DNA of 64,000 nucleotides, from contig CM060732.1 in NCBI GenBank assembly GCA_030704615.1, positions 24,056,001-24,120,000 on the forward strand, written 5' to 3'. Within the stretch, counting starts at the first letter, position 1. Every line of letters starts with the position of its first letter. Source of the stretch: Takakia lepidozioides (Eukaryota; Plantae; Bryophyta). The notes under the pieces were generated by a model, which searched no databases, was not told the DNA's origin, and was given only the letters and a program-made list of their open reading frames with translations. The position numbers were made by a program, and so were the translations under genes. This document shows positions 60,018-64,000 of this stretch, in pieces.

Positions 60018-63000
60018 TTACACTACAACATAGAATAGTCCAATTCTATGCGCTAACTCCATAACGTCCATGTGGCGCAGCATTGCTCCACTTGTCAAAA
60101 GTGAAGTATAGGGAAAATCCTCGAAATCGAAGAACTTCTGATAATACATTCCCACAACCAGTGGCAAATGTGGATCGATAGATGACCGTAGCTTGCTTTT
60201 CAGAAATGACAAATATGAGAAGCACCGCTTGTCCGCAACGCTGCCCAACACATGCACCATAGCAATCTCTGCAAGCTTGACATACTCGGGGAAGGAATGA
60301 GTTAGTACTCTTGATGCATCTATGGTTCTCCAAATCTTCGTGAGAGGGTTCATATCAAAGGGGGGCTCCATGGCAGCCCTGGCATTGTTTTTCATACACA
60401 ACTTAAATATACCTTGCTGGGATTCAAGATCCCAGTGATTCAATAAGGGCAGAACTCTCTTCTTCTCTACTCCCATGCCAATCGTGCATACCTCACCATA
60501 CCAGTTCTTCAAGACATCAAGATGCTTGGGAAAAGTCTCATCACAACCTGCTTGTAACCAGTATTGAGGGTATACTGTGCCCATGGTATCAAGCACGGAG
60601 TGTTGGGGAATCTAAGGTTCAGATCTGCCACAAGTTGGGAAGCTGCCACTGCACACCACCATGAATTTGTATTATTATAGAGAATCTGAAATAAATCACA
60701 GCAGCAAGCCCGTGAAGTCTGATTCCGACGCTATGGGTTTGTTCCCCTTCCTCTACCGGACTTGACCTTATCTGGGGAATGTAGTCGGTAGAAGGGCCTG
60801 GCAGAGAAGACGGAATCTTACTAAGAGGACGCCACAGACTCGGACCTCCAAACACTTTCATCCAACCACTCAAGCACACCGTTACGCCCAACGTACGCTC
60901 GCGTAAGACCCAAAAAGCCACCACCCTCACTGCCACGGCAGTGAGGCTTAAATAGTATTAGGTCATAATCTAATCCTAGTGCCGTGTGGCACTTACACAT
61001 AGGTCCACCAGATGTCCTTCCAACACAGCCATAAAAGCCAGATCACCCAGTCCCATCTAATTTGATCCTAAACTAGCTGTTAGAATAAGACAGCCCCTAA
61101 TAAAGCCATCAGCTGTTGCCAGCTCATCCTCATGCGTAAGGTCTAAGTCCATCCAGCCTTCATCCTGGCTTCGTCCATCCCTTAAATCATCTGGAGCGCA
61201 TCCCTCCTCCATTCATCCATGTTGAAAAGTAAGGTGAGAATGAATCCCAGCTCCACAAGCCCCTACCAAAAATACCATAAATCAATTACATAAGAGAATA
61301 GAAATGACACCACAAAGTATAATTGAAGAGGCTGGTTTTTAGTACCTGAGCATTCGTTCTTCACTTGGGATACTAGGATGTTCCATGCATCCTTGTTCAC
61401 ATAATTCTTGGGAACATGTGGGGCTGCCTCCTTAGCCACATTGGATGCATGTGCCACTACATTGCCACTAGCCATTGCAACCCCCACATTGGCATTGGGC
61501 AAGTTGAGGCGCACAATGGCTGTTGCGCCAATTACATGGTCAGCCCAAATTTGCTCACCATTCACAATGAAAGCCAATTGGTGTGAGTTATCATTGAGGT
61601 CAGCCACCCACTTGAGATGAATCTGTTCATGGACAATCCAACAAGCTTTTGAAAGACCAAAATTTATCGCCTGAATATGCAGTGGCCCTGTCGATGTACA
61701 AAGAATACAACTGGCCTTGACAAATTTTAATTGTTGCCACCATGTCAGAAATGAATACATTCCTGGATTGTGCAACCTGCCTAAGTGAGTCAATGCTCTC
61801 AAAGAGCGGGAGGATACAACACATGCCTAGCAATGTGTATGGATCACACAACAAATCCAGCAAAGCCTACCACAACAATAAACCACATTAGAATCTGAAA
61901 TCTGAATACATAAAAAATAGCCTATAAAAACAAAACAATAAACAATAAAAGACAAAAAAAAAAACATGATTATTCACCTTGGCTGGTTTGTTGTCATGTT
62001 GATCAATGTTCATTTTGGCCAAAAGGGTCCTGTACTCAACCAAAATCCTCTTCATTGGCTCAATGATAGACACCCACCATGTTTTCACATTCTTCAACAT
62101 TTTCAGACCCTTGGTTTCCAACATATCAGCAAGTTTAGTGAATTCAAGGTGTCTTTTGGGGCTGTGAGCAAAGTAGACATGGCTGGTCTGAAGCAAACCT
62201 TCAATGCTAGTAACAATTCCCAACTGATACAAGGTCTTGAAGGCCAGATTAGCCCAATGAGCCATGCAATGGACCCCATAGAAAAGGGAGCATGCTTAGA
62301 AGAAATCTGTTTTGTAACCCCATTCCTCTTGGAAGGTACTCACCCCATCAGCCCCAAAGCACAACATTCCTCAATGCATCCATGATAACAGTAGTCAAGT
62401 TATCAGCCCCTGACCCATCCAAAATTCTTTGAAGGGAGATCATCATGGGGACTCTCACCTAATTTTGCATGACATATGCATGTATGCTGATACAGGAGCC
62501 ATTGTCCACAGAAGTCAGCTCATCACAAGTCAGTGCTACATATCTTACAGCCTTCACACATGTCAACATAACATCCTTGATCTCATTGTATAGGAACTCA
62601 GCCATAATCCAGCCTGATGAGTCACTCCAATGCATCTTTGGGTTGTTGGGGACCTCAAGAAACATAAACAGACTTTGCATCCTCTCATACTCAGTCATTG
62701 GACGGCCACCAGAGAGGAGATGGAGTAGGGCAGCAAATTGAACCCTCTTTCTATCCCTCTCAACTTTGTTTGGCATTACTACCTGCTCCAGTATAGTTGA
62801 AGGACCACGAGCATGGTACAAAGAGGCATTTCTCTTGTGTTTGCAATCAGGGTTAAAGTACCACTCCCATTTCTTTACCTTGAACTTAGGCATGTCTTTG
62901 TCAGCTCTTCTCCTCCCCTCATGCTTCATGAGGGTATCCCACTTAGGAGCCATGAGTTTGGGTGACTGGTTGAAGTAGAGCACACCTTGCACCTCATCAA

Positions 63001-63422
63001 GTGAAGGGTTCCATCTGCTGCAAGCTCCCCCTCAGCCCATGGAAGCTTTGATGCCCACTCCACTTGAAATTTCCTGGTCAAATCATAGTTAGGCTTCACC
63101 TTCTTCAAAGGCACACTATATCTTGCAAATCTGGTGCCTCTTCCTCACTATCATGAGTATCAAAAGACACAAGTACAGTGTCATGAGAGCCCTGAGAGGA
63201 ATCTGAAACTAACACCACTGATGGTGGCATGGAAAGAACTGGTGAAGACCCTGAACTTCTTGAACTACCAGATTCAACATCAGAAGGGAATGGCATTGAA
63301 TCACAAACAAATCTAAGAGGCCAGGCATTCCCCACATTCCTTGAACTCGTAAAGTACTTGTCAAGGAAAGATGGTAATGGCTTCTGTTTTGCAACAGAAT
63401 TTGACATGGTTTTGGGGCTCAT
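60018..63422 (-). pseudogene. Decayed multi-exon hAT transposase (ZNF862/DUF4371-like)
   Basis: RKFQVEWASKLPW...CKVC zinc finger; LTCDELT; HCMAH; FAHSPKR; C-terminal GSVADKRCFS.LSFLKSKLR dimerisation motif; frameshifts. Confidence 0.85.
60711..61257 (-). mobile_element. Probable solo LTR in an intron of the hAT transposase
   Basis: Minus-strand ends TGTGGAG...CTTCACG (near TG...CA), flanking duplication AGCC (60707-60710, 61258-61261), TATTTAA box. Confidence 0.6.
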
Positions 63423-64000
63423 TGCAATAGATTCTACACACTAAAGCATAGAGAATGGTCTCTCTCTCACCCAGACTACAACATTCTACAAATACACCTT
63501 GCAACTCATATATAGTGAACACTAGTATGAGGACCTTATGTGCTGTAATTTCCTTCCTATAGTGTCCAGCAACATCCCATCCCTTTACATATTCCAAGCA
63601 TGCTGATGCATTCATATTGCACAATAAAGCAAAAGGAGGCGGAGGTGAATGTTGTACCTTCATGTAGGTGTTGGGGATCTTCAATTGCTCCATTCCACGC
63701 CGCCCAAATCCTCTAGTCGTCAAGCATTCACCACTCCTTGAGCTGGCCACCCTAAAAAAAACTACAGTATACAGATCTTAGGCGAAACTTTGAAAGCAAG
63801 CTGCGATGACAGATGGCGATGGTGAAGCTCTGTAGGGTTGCGCGCAGTGGCGACGGCCAAAACCCTGGAAATCCAACGGTCCAGGTCGTGCTGCATGGCA
63901 AGATCTCTACCGTTGATCGCACGATGGGGCTACAACCGTTAGATGTAGGGCTATGGGGAATGTGTATTTCTGGCGCAACTTGCATGTTCCCCTGGAGCTT

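Overview
Eukaryotic nuclear DNA from a land plant. A bryophyte or other non-seed plant with heavy organellar C-to-U editing is inferred from a pre-edited cox1 NUMT and a DYW-PPR pseudogene. Bases 1-27075 are a four-level TE nest: a CACTA element contains chromovirus A (392-25418, TSD ATCTG), which contains a sibling chromovirus B (3254-21369), whose 5' LTR contains element C (9266-21269). Element C is the notable system. It is a Ty3/Gypsy-type retrotransposon whose polyprotein reads gag-protease-DNMT3-like cytosine methyltransferase-RT-RNaseH-DDE integrase-PHD finger. It has a Tf1-like self-priming PBS instead of a tRNA PBS and carries a poly(A)-ended mosaic of host gene fragments (LUC7-like, DRG, NDA). 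It is integrated in a circularly permuted, split-LTR form (A-B-gc-A...B). That layout is what would result if a 2-LTR circle were opened at an internal palindrome (GACAGCTGTC) and inserted, and no tyrosine recombinase is visible. The rest of the window holds a hAT MITE, the cox1 NUMT, a tRNA-derived SINE, two convergent DUF740 genes, a LEA/DUF4149 gene, a deleted Copia disrupting an unknown gene, LINE fragments, the PPR-DYW pseudogene and a decayed hAT transposase with a solo LTR in its intron. All identifications are by eye from motifs; no searches were run.
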